A DNA stretch of 64,000 bases from a virus (Duplodnaviria; Heunggongvirae; Uroviricota; Caudoviricetes): IMG/VR virus record IMGVR_UViG_3300031413_000001. One strand, written 5' to 3'. Positions 8,585-18,586 of this stretch are shown in pieces (the stretch's first letter is position 1; each line of letters starts with the position of its first letter). The position numbers and the translations under genes are program-made. Below the pieces are notes generated by a model that saw nothing but the letters and a program-made list of their open reading frames with translations, had not been told where the DNA came from and did not search any database.

Positions 8585-8796
8585 CCAAATCGTAGCTTGA
8601 AGTGCATGGCGAGTTGTCGATGCTCGTCGCTGAAGCCAACGCTACGCTGGCCAAAGGTGGTGAAGACCTTTCGACTCTCTAGATTGTTCTTGAGGATCTG
8701 AGCCCACAGCCAGGAAAAGGCATCCGTGTAGTCGGTAATACAACATGCCAGTTCTACACGGTGCGGCCATTGCTGTTCAAAGGTGGGCTCTACCAA
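8581..8796 (-). CDS. FKLxW-family small protein
   Basis: VGFSDEHRQLAMHFKLRFG. Confidence 0.8.
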   Translation of the reverse strand: MVEPTFEQQWPHRVELACCITDYTDAFSWLWAQILKNNLESRKVFTTFGQRSVGFSDEHRQLAMHFKLRFG

Positions 8797-9050
8797 TCCT
8801 GATCTTCCCGTCGCTTGCCCAGATAGATATTGCAGTCCAGCAGATCATAGTGGCCGTCCACGTAGATCTTGTGCTCACCGGACTTGAACTCCCGGAGCCA
8901 GGAGTCGTCGGCATCCATAACGTACACGATGGAGCCATCATAACTGACAACAACCATCTTGGTAGCGCCGGTTGCTAGAAAGCTCAGCGTTACACGGAAG
9001 ATATGCGGTTCCTGGCTGAGCATCTTTACGGGACTTTCCACGCTTCTCAC
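8790..9050 (-). CDS. hypothetical protein
   Basis: ORF coupled to array; upstream TTGACA near 9090. Confidence 0.6.
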   Translation of the reverse strand: MRSVESPVKMLSQEPHIFRVTLSFLATGATKMVVVSYDGSIVYVMDADDSWLREFKSGEHKIYVDGHYDLLDCNIYLGKRREDQDW

Positions 9051-9080
9051 CTTATGATGTGAATAACAGTTTACGATGGA

Positions 9081-9350
9081 TTATTGAGTTGTCAAGTAGA
9101 GCAAACCAAAATGTCCGGCCAGATAGGTGAGGAATCCACCCCACCCGGCAATGAACAATAGGATGGCAACAAGAATGGTCTTTTCCTTGATGCTGATGCC
9201 CTTGGAGATCACATAGCTGTACGCTAGGATCAATGCCAAGATGGTGATCGCAGCCATGATAACGCTGACGCCAGAGAGGGCGAGGCCCAGGAGACCAAAG
9301 AACATAACACTTAGAATGTGCATAGGGTTGTATCCTTTCCTAGAATACAA
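9081..9350 (-). CDS. small membrane protein (2 TM)
   Basis: two long hydrophobic segments; probable start at MHIL (AAGG upstream). Confidence 0.6.
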   Translation of the reverse strand: MYSRKGYNPMHILSVMFFGLLGLALSGVSVIMAAITILALILAYSYVISKGISIKEKTILVAILLFIAGWGGFLTYLAGHFGLLYLTTQ

Positions 9351-9515
9351 CCCTACTACAGAAGCTTCCCAAGCAGCAATATGTATATGCTCTATCTATA
9401 CTCTTTGTCAACCGCATATATGCCAGGGCGGAAACCACAAAGTACGTGGATAAGCCCTGATACCTTGTACTAAATATCAGCGAGCAGCCCGCAGGAGTTA
9501 ATAGTGAGTTAGGCT

Positions 9516-9779
9516 ATGAGCAATATCATTCACTTTCCCAACGCGGTACAGGCAAGCCGTGGGGCAATGACACTAGAACCGGCTAAGGCCACAGTCAAAG
9601 ACGGTTCATATCCAATGCTAATAGGGCCGTGGGAATACACTTGCTTCAAGTGCGATACCAAGGTTTCCTTTGATTCGCAAAACATGATTTTTAGATCGGT
9701 AGACTTTCACTGCGCCAAATGTGGTGCAATCCACAAGGTTGTCAACCCCGCGTTTTCAACCGCAATCACAAAAAAGTAG
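9516..9779 (+). CDS. zinc-ribbon protein
   Basis: CFKC...CAKC; TAAATA at 9471. Confidence 0.7.
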   Translation: MSNIIHFPNAVQASRGAMTLEPAKATVKDGSYPMLIGPWEYTCFKCDTKVSFDSQNMIFRSVDFHCAKCGAIHKVVNPAFSTAITKK

Positions 9780-9818
9780 AGTTGGTAAATATCGGAAATC
9801 CTCTCCAAGGAGATCGTT

Positions 9819-11192
9819 ATGGCTAAAAAACCAACTCCGGAAAATCCCGGAACTTATCTTCCGATCCCTGGCCAAACGACCGCAACGCCCGATGAGGCAA
9901 ACGCGGCTAAGATTGCCGCCAGGAACACATCGGCCAGTGAAACGGCTGCGACCAGCAATGAGATCGTAGTCAATCCCAACGCCAACGATGGCAAACTCTT
10001 CATCTCTTCAAAACCCAAGGGCAACGAAACAACCGTTCCCGTGATCCAAACCAACCTCCCCGTTGAGGCTGGTGGTCAGGGACCCAAGGGTGATAAGGGA
10101 GACAAGGGTGATAAGGGCGATAACGGTCCTCCTGGCGAAGTAGACTATGACAAGCTCAGGGACTTGATCCAGTCAATGCTCGACGATATGCTGAACTTTA
10201 AGAGTTTGAAGTATGTCAATGGAACTCCCACGTCGGTATTCGGCACCAAGTCCATTACGTTGCAGGTTGAACTCGTCGACAGTGTGGCAAACACCAGCAC
10301 GATCGTTACTCCCATCTGGTCGATCGCCAGCGGTGCAGCAACCATCACGGCTAGTGGTGTCCTGACTGGTGCTGATGTGCAGATTGATACGCCGGTTACG
10401 GTTGTTGCCAACTACACGGACAGCAAGAACAAAAAGTACACGGCAAGCACCAACGTTACGATCAAGGCTCTGAAGCCTGCATCGTTGGCCGTAAGTGGCC
10501 CAACGGTCCTGACTGCCGGTGCGACTACCACTTATGTGGCAACTGTTTATTACACAGACGGCACCAGCAAGGTTGTTACTGCGCTGAGTGGTACGACTTG
10601 GACGCTGAGCAATGCTTCCATTGGTGTCCTGACTGGCAACAGCTTGAAGGTTGCAGCATCAACGACCAGCAACATCACGGGTATCGTGAAGGCAACATTC
10701 GTTGAAGGCACCACAACAGTAAGCGGACAGACGAATGTTTCCCTGGCTGCACCGGTAGCAGAGGGTATCAAGCCATTCTATGGCGTTGCCGTTCACCCCG
10801 TAGCAGGCACCACCACTGAACCCGGCACTTACACCAAGTGGAGCGAGTTCGTCAATGGTCTGGCTGGACGAGGAACGAATGCCTCCAAGGTCAACACTTT
10901 CTCAACCGTACAGGGCGTTGACCAGTATGGTTGGTACGCATACCCCAAGAGCTATGGTCTGATGCCAACGGCAAAGATCAAGGGCAACGGACAGCCTGGC
11001 CCAGGTGGTTGGGATTCCGCTCTTGCTCCAAACGGTAAGACTGGTGTTGCTTGGTACGGTGATTCCAGCGGCGAAGGTCCACTGGAAGTCAGCGTTACCG
11101 TCAATGGCGTCGCAACTCCCTTCTATCTCTACCGCACGGACAACAAGGTTGCCAGCGGTACGTTTGCTGAGACTTGGGTCGTCAGCGCATAA
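9819..11192 (+). CDS. virion fibre/decoration protein with short collagen stretch and Ig-like domains
   Basis: [14 protein letters not shown]; Thr/Ser-rich Ig-like repeats; TAAATA at 9786. Confidence 0.75.
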   Translation: MAKKPTPENPGTYLPIPGQTTATPDEANAAKIAARNTSASETAATSNEIVVNPNANDGKLFISSKPKGNETTVPVIQTNLPVEAGGQGPKGDKGDKGDKGDNGPPGEVDYDKLRDLIQSMLDDMLNFKSLKYVNGTPTSVFGTKSITLQVELVDSVANTSTIVTPIWSIASGAATITASGVLTGADVQIDTPVTVVANYTDSKNKKYTASTNVTIKALKPASLAVSGPTVLTAGATTTYVATVYYTDGTSKVVTALSGTTWTLSNASIGVLTGNSLKVAASTTSNITGIVKATFVEGTTTVSGQTNVSLAAPVAEGIKPFYGVAVHPVAGTTTEPGTYTKWSEFVNGLAGRGTNASKVNTFSTVQGVDQYGWYAYPKSYGLMPTAKIKGNGQPGPGGWDSALAPNGKTGVAWYGDSSGEGPLEVSVTVNGVATPFYLYRTDNKVASGTFAETWVVSA

Positions 11193-11204
11193 GGGGAAAG
11201 CACC

Positions 11205-11948
11205 ATGGCACTACAGATTGCTTCTGATCTCGCTCCAGCAGGTGGTGGTACATTCTACCTGCTGGAAGATCAGTATATCAAGGGCGGACTTCAGATCCGT
11301 GAAAGCATTGTGGATCGCGACAAGATCGCTATCACCAATCTAAAGCTGGGTGCGTTGGTTCTTACCATTGACACCAAAAAGATCTGGATGGTAACTGAGC
11401 TGGTTGTTCCCAGTCGTCAGAATCCAGATGCAGTGGCAAAGGTTGAGTGGAAGGAACTTGAGCTCGGCGGAGGCGCTGGCGGAGGAACCGGTGGTACCAA
11501 GGGCCAGTTGATGCTGAACAAGCGCAACATTGCCATCTACACACTGGACAAACTTCCCGTAGATGGAAGCCACGAGTTTGAACTAGAGCTGGGTGCCATC
11601 GCGATGGCATTGAAGATTGAAACCAATCGCCCAGTTCGTGTTCGTGCATTCGCAAAGCCCGAAAAGGATGATGAGAATCCTTACGAGTTCGTAAGCACCA
11701 CTGATCATTTGGCAGATGATGGTCGACAGATGTTTGAAGACGGTACGATCCTTCGTACCCGCAACTACAGCATCCTGGCCAACTTTGAAGATCCAATTAA
11801 GAACTTTCTCTACTGGACCTTTGACAGCATTGATGCCGATGAGGGTTCGGTTGTTCTAACCGTTACATTCTTGACGATGGAAATTGCTGACACTCCTCCC
11901 AATGATGACACAGTAATCACCGAACCTCCGGCGGCCCAGACACCATAA
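11205..11948 (+). CDS. putative virion structural protein
   Basis: in late structural operon, Gly linker. Confidence 0.6.
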   Translation: MALQIASDLAPAGGGTFYLLEDQYIKGGLQIRESIVDRDKIAITNLKLGALVLTIDTKKIWMVTELVVPSRQNPDAVAKVEWKELELGGGAGGGTGGTKGQLMLNKRNIAIYTLDKLPVDGSHEFELELGAIAMALKIETNRPVRVRAFAKPEKDDENPYEFVSTTDHLADDGRQMFEDGTILRTRNYSILANFEDPIKNFLYWTFDSIDADEGSVVLTVTFLTMEIADTPPNDDTVITEPPAAQTP

Positions 11949-11998
11949 TTCGCACCACTAAATACTGAAAACCCCACTCCCCTTCACAGGAGGCCAAA

Positions 11999-13021
11999 AT
12001 GGCAGGATTCGTAATCGAGCGTCACGGCTACACAACCGCGGCAGCTTTGACAGTTTCACTAATTCAGGACATGCTGGCTAACGGCTTTGTTCAAAAGTTT
12101 CCTACTGGAGGGGCGTTTGATCCCACCAAGGTAACCAATAAGTATCGCATCACAATGGAAGCAGGTCCGGATGTTGATCCCCTGAACGCAGCTTCGGTTA
12201 CTGAAAAGCAGCCATGGCGCGTGACGCTGGATCTTACCGATACCCAGCGACTGTTCATGTATGTGGCAACACCTACCCAGCTGACCGACGATGGCAAGGT
12301 TGCAGCAGAGTTGACCTCGGCCACCGTTGCAAATGACATTCTTGGATTCATTGGTGATCCAGTTGGCACGACAGGATTGACCGCTGAAGGCATCTACACT
12401 CCAACCACTGATTCGACAACCAAGGGTTTGATCAATCGTCAGGTTCGCGTTGACACCAAGGGCTCCAGCTACCCACTCAGCTACCGCTTGGTAATCAGCC
12501 CACGTGGTATGTGGCTTGGCGTATGGGAAGATGCTATCTCGGCAGAAAGCGCAGCCTTTTACAACTGGGTGCTGGTACAACGTCCAGTGGATCGCACCAA
12601 TGGCGCTGTATTGGTTACTGGTAAGGCTCCTGTGTTCTGTGTCAACTGTGTGGGCAACAGCTACACTCAGTTTGTGGTTCGCGAGCAGGACGTTCTTCGT
12701 CCAGGTCTTCGTCGCCCAGCTGATAGCAACACGCGCGACTCGGAAGCAGTTTTGAATAGCCGCAACCAGGTAGCACTCAGTGAAGACGGCAAGTATGTGG
12801 TAACATTCCCATCGCGCCTCAATAGCTCGCGATATCGCTATCCGCATGAGCTGGACATGGTGGGCATCACAAGTGCAGACGTCGTGTCCCAGTACAGCGA
12901 TGTTCCTCTTCAGTTCTATGGTGAACCCCAGGCACGTGTTTACAAGGCCCTCCATGCAAATGGTGGAACAAACATTGGTATGAGGACTCTGATCCTACAG
13001 CAGGGCGGCGGCATCAGCTAA
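11999..13021 (+). CDS. putative virion structural protein (paralogue A)
   Basis: TAAATA 11959, GGAGG SD; strongly similar to 13044-14246. Confidence 0.7.
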   Translation: MAGFVIERHGYTTAAALTVSLIQDMLANGFVQKFPTGGAFDPTKVTNKYRITMEAGPDVDPLNAASVTEKQPWRVTLDLTDTQRLFMYVATPTQLTDDGKVAAELTSATVANDILGFIGDPVGTTGLTAEGIYTPTTDSTTKGLINRQVRVDTKGSSYPLSYRLVISPRGMWLGVWEDAISAESAAFYNWVLVQRPVDRTNGAVLVTGKAPVFCVNCVGNSYTQFVVREQDVLRPGLRRPADSNTRDSEAVLNSRNQVALSEDGKYVVTFPSRLNSSRYRYPHELDMVGITSADVVSQYSDVPLQFYGEPQARVYKALHANGGTNIGMRTLILQQGGGIS

Positions 13022-13043
13022 TTAAGATAAAAGGAGAAACTAC

Positions 13044-14246
13044 ATGACTGGTTTTGTAGTAGAACGCCACGGTTACACTAAGGCATCTGCAATGATCCTG
13101 GATGTAATCCAAGACATGATTGCCAATGGCTTCGTGCCAAAGTTTGTTACGGGCTCCGACAAGGCGGTCTTCAACAAAGCAGATCTCACCGAAGCTTATC
13201 GCGTGACCCTTGAAGCAGGTGGCGATGTTGACCCACTGAATGCTGCGGCTGTTTCCGAGAAGCAGCCATGGCGCGTTTGTTTCAACGTCCAGGATGCCCA
13301 GACCGTCATGGTCTATACAGGTACTCCTCTTCAGCTAACTGATGATGGCAAGGTTGCAACTGTCAGCTCTCTGACGGATGGTGTCGCAGCTTCTGGTCAG
13401 TCGTCCAGGTCTTATAAGGCCCTGGTGCCATACGATGTCATTGGTTCTATTGGTGATCAAGTTGGAACCGCTTGGTTGAGTAAATCATACCAAAACGTTT
13501 CTGGATCCAAGCCTGCAGAAACAATTCCAGCACTGGTAAGTGTTGACGGAAAGTATTCTGCTCCCAGCTGGACCACTGATATTAGTATCACTGGCAGTCC
13601 AAACGGTGTTGCACCTGATACGGCTATCGTTGATGAGGTAACCAAAGGTTTGGTAACTCGCGCACGTCGTGTGGTTCCCCTTCAGCAGACCAGCTATCCA
13701 ATGACCTATCGTCTGGTAATCAGTCCACGCGGTATGTGGCTGGGTATTTGGGAAGATGCAACGACTGCAGAAACTTCGGCAACTTTCAACTGGTTCCTTA
13801 TTCAGCGTCCAGTGGATCGTGCAACTGGTCTGGTCCTCACCACAGGTAAGGCTCCAGTGTTCTGTGTCAACAGTGTTGGTCCAAACATCTGGCAGTTTAC
13901 CGTTCGTGAAGCGGATATCTTGCGTCCAGGTAAGCGTCGCAGTGCAACGGTTGATGAAGAGGATAGTGAGTGCATTATCAACAACGTTGAGCAGGTCAGC
14001 TTGAGCGAAGATGGAAAGTACATCGTTACATTCCCCAGTCGCCTCAACACTTCCCGCTATCGTTATCCACATGAGCTGGACATGATTGGTCTAACTTCGG
14101 CAGACGTGGTCAGCCAGTTTACCAACGTTCCTCTTACTGTCTATGGTGAGAGCTCTGAGCGCGTTTACAAGGCGCTTCATGCAAATGGCCCATCCAACAC
14201 TGGCATGCGTATCCTCGTGCTCCAGCAGGGTGGCGGCATCAGCTAA
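13044..14246 (+). CDS. putative virion structural protein (paralogue B)
   Basis: shares GF..ERHGYT N-term and SEDGKY.VTFPSRLN.SRYRYPHELDM...LQQGGGIS C-term with paralogue A. Confidence 0.7.
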   Translation: MTGFVVERHGYTKASAMILDVIQDMIANGFVPKFVTGSDKAVFNKADLTEAYRVTLEAGGDVDPLNAAAVSEKQPWRVCFNVQDAQTVMVYTGTPLQLTDDGKVATVSSLTDGVAASGQSSRSYKALVPYDVIGSIGDQVGTAWLSKSYQNVSGSKPAETIPALVSVDGKYSAPSWTTDISITGSPNGVAPDTAIVDEVTKGLVTRARRVVPLQQTSYPMTYRLVISPRGMWLGIWEDATTAETSATFNWFLIQRPVDRATGLVLTTGKAPVFCVNSVGPNIWQFTVREADILRPGKRRSATVDEEDSECIINNVEQVSLSEDGKYIVTFPSRLNTSRYRYPHELDMIGLTSADVVSQFTNVPLTVYGESSERVYKALHANGPSNTGMRILVLQQGGGIS

Positions 14247-14249
14247 TTA

Positions 14250-14284
14250 ATAGTGGGGAGGGAAAACTCTCCCCACTACTTTTT
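14250..14284 (+). terminator. rho-independent terminator
   Basis: TAGTGGGGAG/CTCCCCACTA stem followed by T-run. Confidence 0.75.
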
Positions 14285-14297
14285 GTGGGAGACGTGA

Positions 14298-17200
14298 ATG
14301 TTTGGATCCATCTCCATTGTAAATCCCAACACAACTGCGACTTCCAGTTTTACCGCAACAGAGCCTTGCAGGGTTGGAATTGAAGACGGATACATTGTTA
14401 GGGTAAACCAACAAGCAACAGCTTCACGTCTCATCGATCTAAAGGTTGGGGACAAGATTGAAATTGATGTACTGGCCGGAGCGGCCAATGAACATCGTTT
14501 CATCCCCTGGACATACAATGGCAACCCCAGCTATTTTGCAGTCGTCAGCAATGCTGGCGCGGCTAAGCCAACCCTCCGCTCCCAGTATCGAAATCAGACT
14601 TGGATTGATATCCTGCCATCCTTCATGGATGGCTCGTATGCCTACCAAAGCAGCGCAGGAAGTGAGAAAAACCTCCCCCTAAGCGGCACATCGTCTGGCT
14701 TTCAAACAACCGACCTTGCATCCGTTCTAAATCCCAAGGGAAAGAGCATCCACTTCTTTCGTGATGATGGAGTGGAAGTCTATCGCCTCCTCACCGATGC
14801 TCCACCTATCAGTCACACCACTATGTGGAATGGTGCTTCAAACACTTGGGAAACCTATGCCCTAGACAGCGCGGGCTATCTCTACACATGGAACAGCCAG
14901 CAGGTTAGGACAAAGTCAACTGGCGCCTATACTGGTGCCAGAACAGTCTTCAGTGATGGAACCACCTTGTATGTGGGCGGAGATCTATATCTCCGAATCC
15001 TAAGTGACCTCAACACGCTCAGCCGTACCATCATCACAACGGAAAAGATCCTTCATGGTATGGTTCTGGGAAGTCTGGTCGTGGTTACCACTGCGAGTGG
15101 CAAGGCACTGAAGATCGATGGATCCACTATCACCACATTGTTTCAAGAGAACTCCATTGGTGTTCCAACGGTGTTCAAGGATCAGTTTATCTTTCCCATC
15201 ACGGAAAAGTACAAGCTCTCGGTCTATGACAGCCAGGGCTCCTTTATCCGTGACATCTCCACAGGTGACATGCTTCCCTGGTCGATTGCCACTTATCGTG
15301 GAAGCCGACTGGCAGTTTCCGGTGCCGACACTCCCATGGTCCAGGTCTTCAACGACCTAGGCATGGCTCCTTCGATTAAGACTTTTGCTAAGAACGTTTC
15401 CTACGCGGTTCCTCTGGCAACCTCACTTATTGGCAGCTTCTACATCAACGATTATCCATTGACCGTTCCTCCCAACCCGGTGGTCTCTGGTGCTGAATTC
15501 AAGACCTGGAGAGCTCCGCTGGAAGTGGATGCTGGATCCGGGGAATACACCGTCAATACTCTTGGTGAGAATCTTCCCAGCTTTGTGAGCCCCAATGGCA
15601 AAATGTTGATCAACGGAAGTCCGGATATCAACGTGGTAAGTCAGAACAGTGCGGTTCAGCTCTATCAGAAAGCCTACAATGGTCGCGTGAGTGCCTGTGT
15701 GGTTCTGGGCAACTATGCCTTTGACTTCAAGGTCGAGGCTGTACCCAGCAACACGATGGCTACCTTTATCAACACTGGCATCAAGAATAAAGCGACCACA
15801 CTGGTTTGGAACTTCAAGGTTCCCAAGAGGGTTGTCAACGCTCCCATTGCTCTGTCGGTTGGTACTCTGTTGGTGGATGGTCAGCCCTACAATGGCCGAA
15901 CACCAGTCAATGCTGGACAAGACCTGCAGATCACTATCAATGTTCCACAGGAAGCCTTGTATTACTTCAGCGTTCTAAGCATTGCAGATGCCCAGTACCC
16001 GCTTATTATGGGTAGCGCCTCACTTATCACAGCTGATACGCAGAAGTTCCAACCCTATGGTAGCACGGAAGTAACTTCCACATACGTGATCACCGAGACT
16101 GGAAACTATGACTTCCTGAACTATAGGAATGCACTCGTTACAATGGGCGAGGAAACTCTCAGCTTTCCCACTGAGCTGGTTATTGGAGATGAGATCACCG
16201 TTCGTCACATCCAGGCTAGCAGTTGGTGGCTTGATGAGCGCGATACGGTTTTGATTGGTCCCAGTGCCAACTATTACTTCAAGAGTTTTACCACTGTTGA
16301 TGACATGCCCGAGAATGTAGACTTTGGTACCGTGCATCATGGTATCCCGGACTTCTACTTTCCAGGTGATCTTGAACCAGTTATCGAAGGCTTGAGTGAA
16401 GACTACCAGATCCGCATCTACAACAAATACATGCAGTTCAGTGTCAACGATGGTCCCTATGAAACCAGACCACTGGTTGGAAATGGTGACCGAGTTCGCG
16501 CACTCTACAGGGTCAAGAACCTCTTTGAAGTCCAGACGGTTAAGACTCTCTTGGCCGACGATGTAACTGTCTATGAGTTTGGATATCTGAATATTGATCC
16601 GGCTGAAGGAGAGTGGATGCCTCCTCGTTCTTCTCTTCAGCTGGGTGGTCGAAACCAGTGGGAACTCGTCAACAGCCATCTTGAGCTTATTGAATCCAAG
16701 AAGCCGGAAGTTCAAAAGGCTCCCGACAAATACATGGAAGCCAACACGCCAGTGGTTCAGCAGGCTCCTGAAAAGTACATGAAGGCCAACACCCCTGAGC
16801 TACAGCAGGCTGGTGCGCTATCAGGCGTTGCTAGTGTTGGTTCTTGGTTCCAAGCCAGCAGTCCTCCGGGAAATGCCAGCGTTGGTATGTGGTTCCAAGC
16901 CAGCAGCCCTCCGGGAAATGCCAGCATCAGTGAGTGGCAGGGAAGTGCCGATCAGAGAACCACTGATCTTTCCAAGGGAGTAATCTTTGCTGGCACGATC
17001 GCATTCAAGAAGATAAGCACCAGCACTTTCAATCCATTCAGCAATTTTGTCCTGACACAAAAGGCTAGAGCAAAGGTTCCCAGCAAGACCACATATTTGA
17101 TTGACCAGAGGGCATTCAAGTATGAGGACCAGCGTCAGAGTATTCGTCTTGCTGACAGTGCTGATCTAACCTATGAGCCATCGTTTGGTATCACAGCAAC

Positions 17201-17906
17201 GTACACCAAGTTTACGCCAATATTCCATCATGAGAACAATGTGGCTCCTCGTCGAGCAACAGTGTTCTTTTCCTATCAGGCAACCAAGGGTGATCGCAAA
17301 GCTGATGTCTCTTGGAGGGTAATGCCAATGGGTCTTGGCCACCGTTATGCCGCTGGACACCTTCACCTCTATGGAACCGTTCTGCGGTATCACCAGAGGG
17401 ATTGGGCGGATTACACCTACAAGAATGACCAGGTCTATGCACCCGGTCACTTCCATGTGGGAAATCACACCTTCCAGACTGCTGAGATGAAGACCGTGCA
17501 TTTCGCAGGAGCGGAACTCCGAATCAAGCAGATTGCAGGCTATGTGGGCAAGCCAACGTTCCGCGCAGCGGAAATCAAGGGCAAAGCCGTAGTGGTGCCC
17601 ACACTGAAGAAGGTATCGATCGCCAGCGCAAAGCCGGCTTCGACCAGTCAGGTATCAGTAGCCAGGGCTGCATTTGGTGAGAACGCAATCAGCTGGCAGA
17701 CTTTCCTGCCCCTTCAGACCGGTGGTTTCGAGACTCCAGGAGAAGCAGAGTTCGCAGCTACGGCCTACAACAATGTCTTGCCCCTTACTGTCTATCAGCA
17801 GCCAGAGGGAACATTCAGCTATGTGTTCAAGCGCAACACTGAACTGGTATGTCAGATCAAGGGAACCAATATCTTTGCCGTCAAGTGGCTGATCGGAGGT
17901 GGCTAA
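14298..17906 (+). CDS. large putative virion structural protein
   Basis: 1202 aa, beta-rich, propeller-like stretch, in structural cluster. Confidence 0.65.
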   Translation: MFGSISIVNPNTTATSSFTATEPCRVGIEDGYIVRVNQQATASRLIDLKVGDKIEIDVLAGAANEHRFIPWTYNGNPSYFAVVSNAGAAKPTLRSQYRNQTWIDILPSFMDGSYAYQSSAGSEKNLPLSGTSSGFQTTDLASVLNPKGKSIHFFRDDGVEVYRLLTDAPPISHTTMWNGASNTWETYALDSAGYLYTWNSQQVRTKSTGAYTGARTVFSDGTTLYVGGDLYLRILSDLNTLSRTIITTEKILHGMVLGSLVVVTTASGKALKIDGSTITTLFQENSIGVPTVFKDQFIFPITEKYKLSVYDSQGSFIRDISTGDMLPWSIATYRGSRLAVSGADTPMVQVFNDLGMAPSIKTFAKNVSYAVPLATSLIGSFYINDYPLTVPPNPVVSGAEFKTWRAPLEVDAGSGEYTVNTLGENLPSFVSPNGKMLINGSPDINVVSQNSAVQLYQKAYNGRVSACVVLGNYAFDFKVEAVPSNTMATFINTGIKNKATTLVWNFKVPKRVVNAPIALSVGTLLVDGQPYNGRTPVNAGQDLQITINVPQEALYYFSVLSIADAQYPLIMGSASLITADTQKFQPYGSTEVTSTYVITETGNYDFLNYRNALVTMGEETLSFPTELVIGDEITVRHIQASSWWLDERDTVLIGPSANYYFKSFTTVDDMPENVDFGTVHHGIPDFYFPGDLEPVIEGLSEDYQIRIYNKYMQFSVNDGPYETRPLVGNGDRVRALYRVKNLFEVQTVKTLLADDVTVYEFGYLNIDPAEGEWMPPRSSLQLGGRNQWELVNSHLELIESKKPEVQKAPDKYMEANTPVVQQAPEKYMKANTPELQQAGALSGVASVGSWFQASSPPGNASVGMWFQASSPPGNASISEWQGSADQRTTDLSKGVIFAGTIAFKKISTSTFNPFSNFVLTQKARAKVPSKTTYLIDQRAFKYEDQRQSIRLADSADLTYEPSFGITATYTKFTPIFHHENNVAPRRATVFFSYQATKGDRKADVSWRVMPMGLGHRYAAGHLHLYGTVLRYHQRDWADYTYKNDQVYAPGHFHVGNHTFQTAEMKTVHFAGAELRIKQIAGYVGKPTFRAAEIKGKAVVVPTLKKVSIASAKPASTSQVSVARAAFGENAISWQTFLPLQTGGFETPGEAEFAATAYNNVLPLTVYQQPEGTFSYVFKRNTELVCQIKGTNIFAVKWLIGGG
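16717..16926 (+). repeat. two adjacent in-frame 45-bp tandem duplications
   Basis: APDKYMEANTPVVQQ/APEKYMKANTPELQQ and ASVG.WFQASSPPGN x2. Confidence 0.8.
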
Positions 17907-18583
17907 TGAGCGTTAGTTTGACCAACACTCGTTTTGTACAGACGCATGCCAACGTAATTGATTTCGAGTGCCCCATGTTGGAATCAAACATTCCTCGTGG
18001 AGCCCGCGTTACATTCATTCCAATTGACAACACGGCACCGGATTTCAGACCTGTCTATGGAATGTTCATGGACACTCTTCCCTACAATCCCGCGTGGGTT
18101 GAGGTGTGGCATGATGGCTTCCGTCTCGTCAACAGCACGTTGGATTTTGGAAAGACCTTCAGGGCTTTCCGTGTCAGCGGTCAGGTAATTTACTTTCAGG
18201 ATCCCATCCTAGAAGGAACACTGAAGGTCTATGCCGATGGTGCATTCAACTATGATCTTCCCGAGTACACCATTGATGTCAACAACATCCAGGGCGCACA
18301 AACAAAGAACACCGTAGATGGGCAGATGCTCGCAGGGTATTTTTGTGAGCCAGTGATCCTCACGGAGCCTCGTCGTGGATACGTTCGACTTTCCGATGAT
18401 CGCCACAGCTTGATCTTTATTCCTGAAACAGGTTGGGAAGGCTACGATAGCTTCAGCTACGTTATGATAAATGATCGTGGACAAGCCAGTGAGCCCAAGT
18501 GCGTTTTCATTACCGTTGGTGAGCCCAAGGGTCCAACCAAGCCTGTTACCGGCGAGGGTAGCACTGATGATCCCAAGGAGTAA
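17906..18583 (+). CDS. putative structural protein with C-terminal Ig/cadherin-like domain
   Basis: P..G.V.....LIFIPETGWEGYDSFSY motif; TAATG overlap. Confidence 0.65.
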   Translation: MSVSLTNTRFVQTHANVIDFECPMLESNIPRGARVTFIPIDNTAPDFRPVYGMFMDTLPYNPAWVEVWHDGFRLVNSTLDFGKTFRAFRVSGQVIYFQDPILEGTLKVYADGAFNYDLPEYTIDVNNIQGAQTKNTVDGQMLAGYFCEPVILTEPRRGYVRLSDDRHSLIFIPETGWEGYDSFSYVMINDRGQASEPKCVFITVGEPKGPTKPVTGEGSTDDPKE

Positions 18584-18586
18584 GCC

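Noticed and set aside
12-8796. CRISPR array, integron or DGR as explanation for the repeated motif
   Set aside because: Repetition is at protein level with synonymous variation. No fixed DNA repeats, attC palindromes, integrase or reverse transcriptase are visible in the window.
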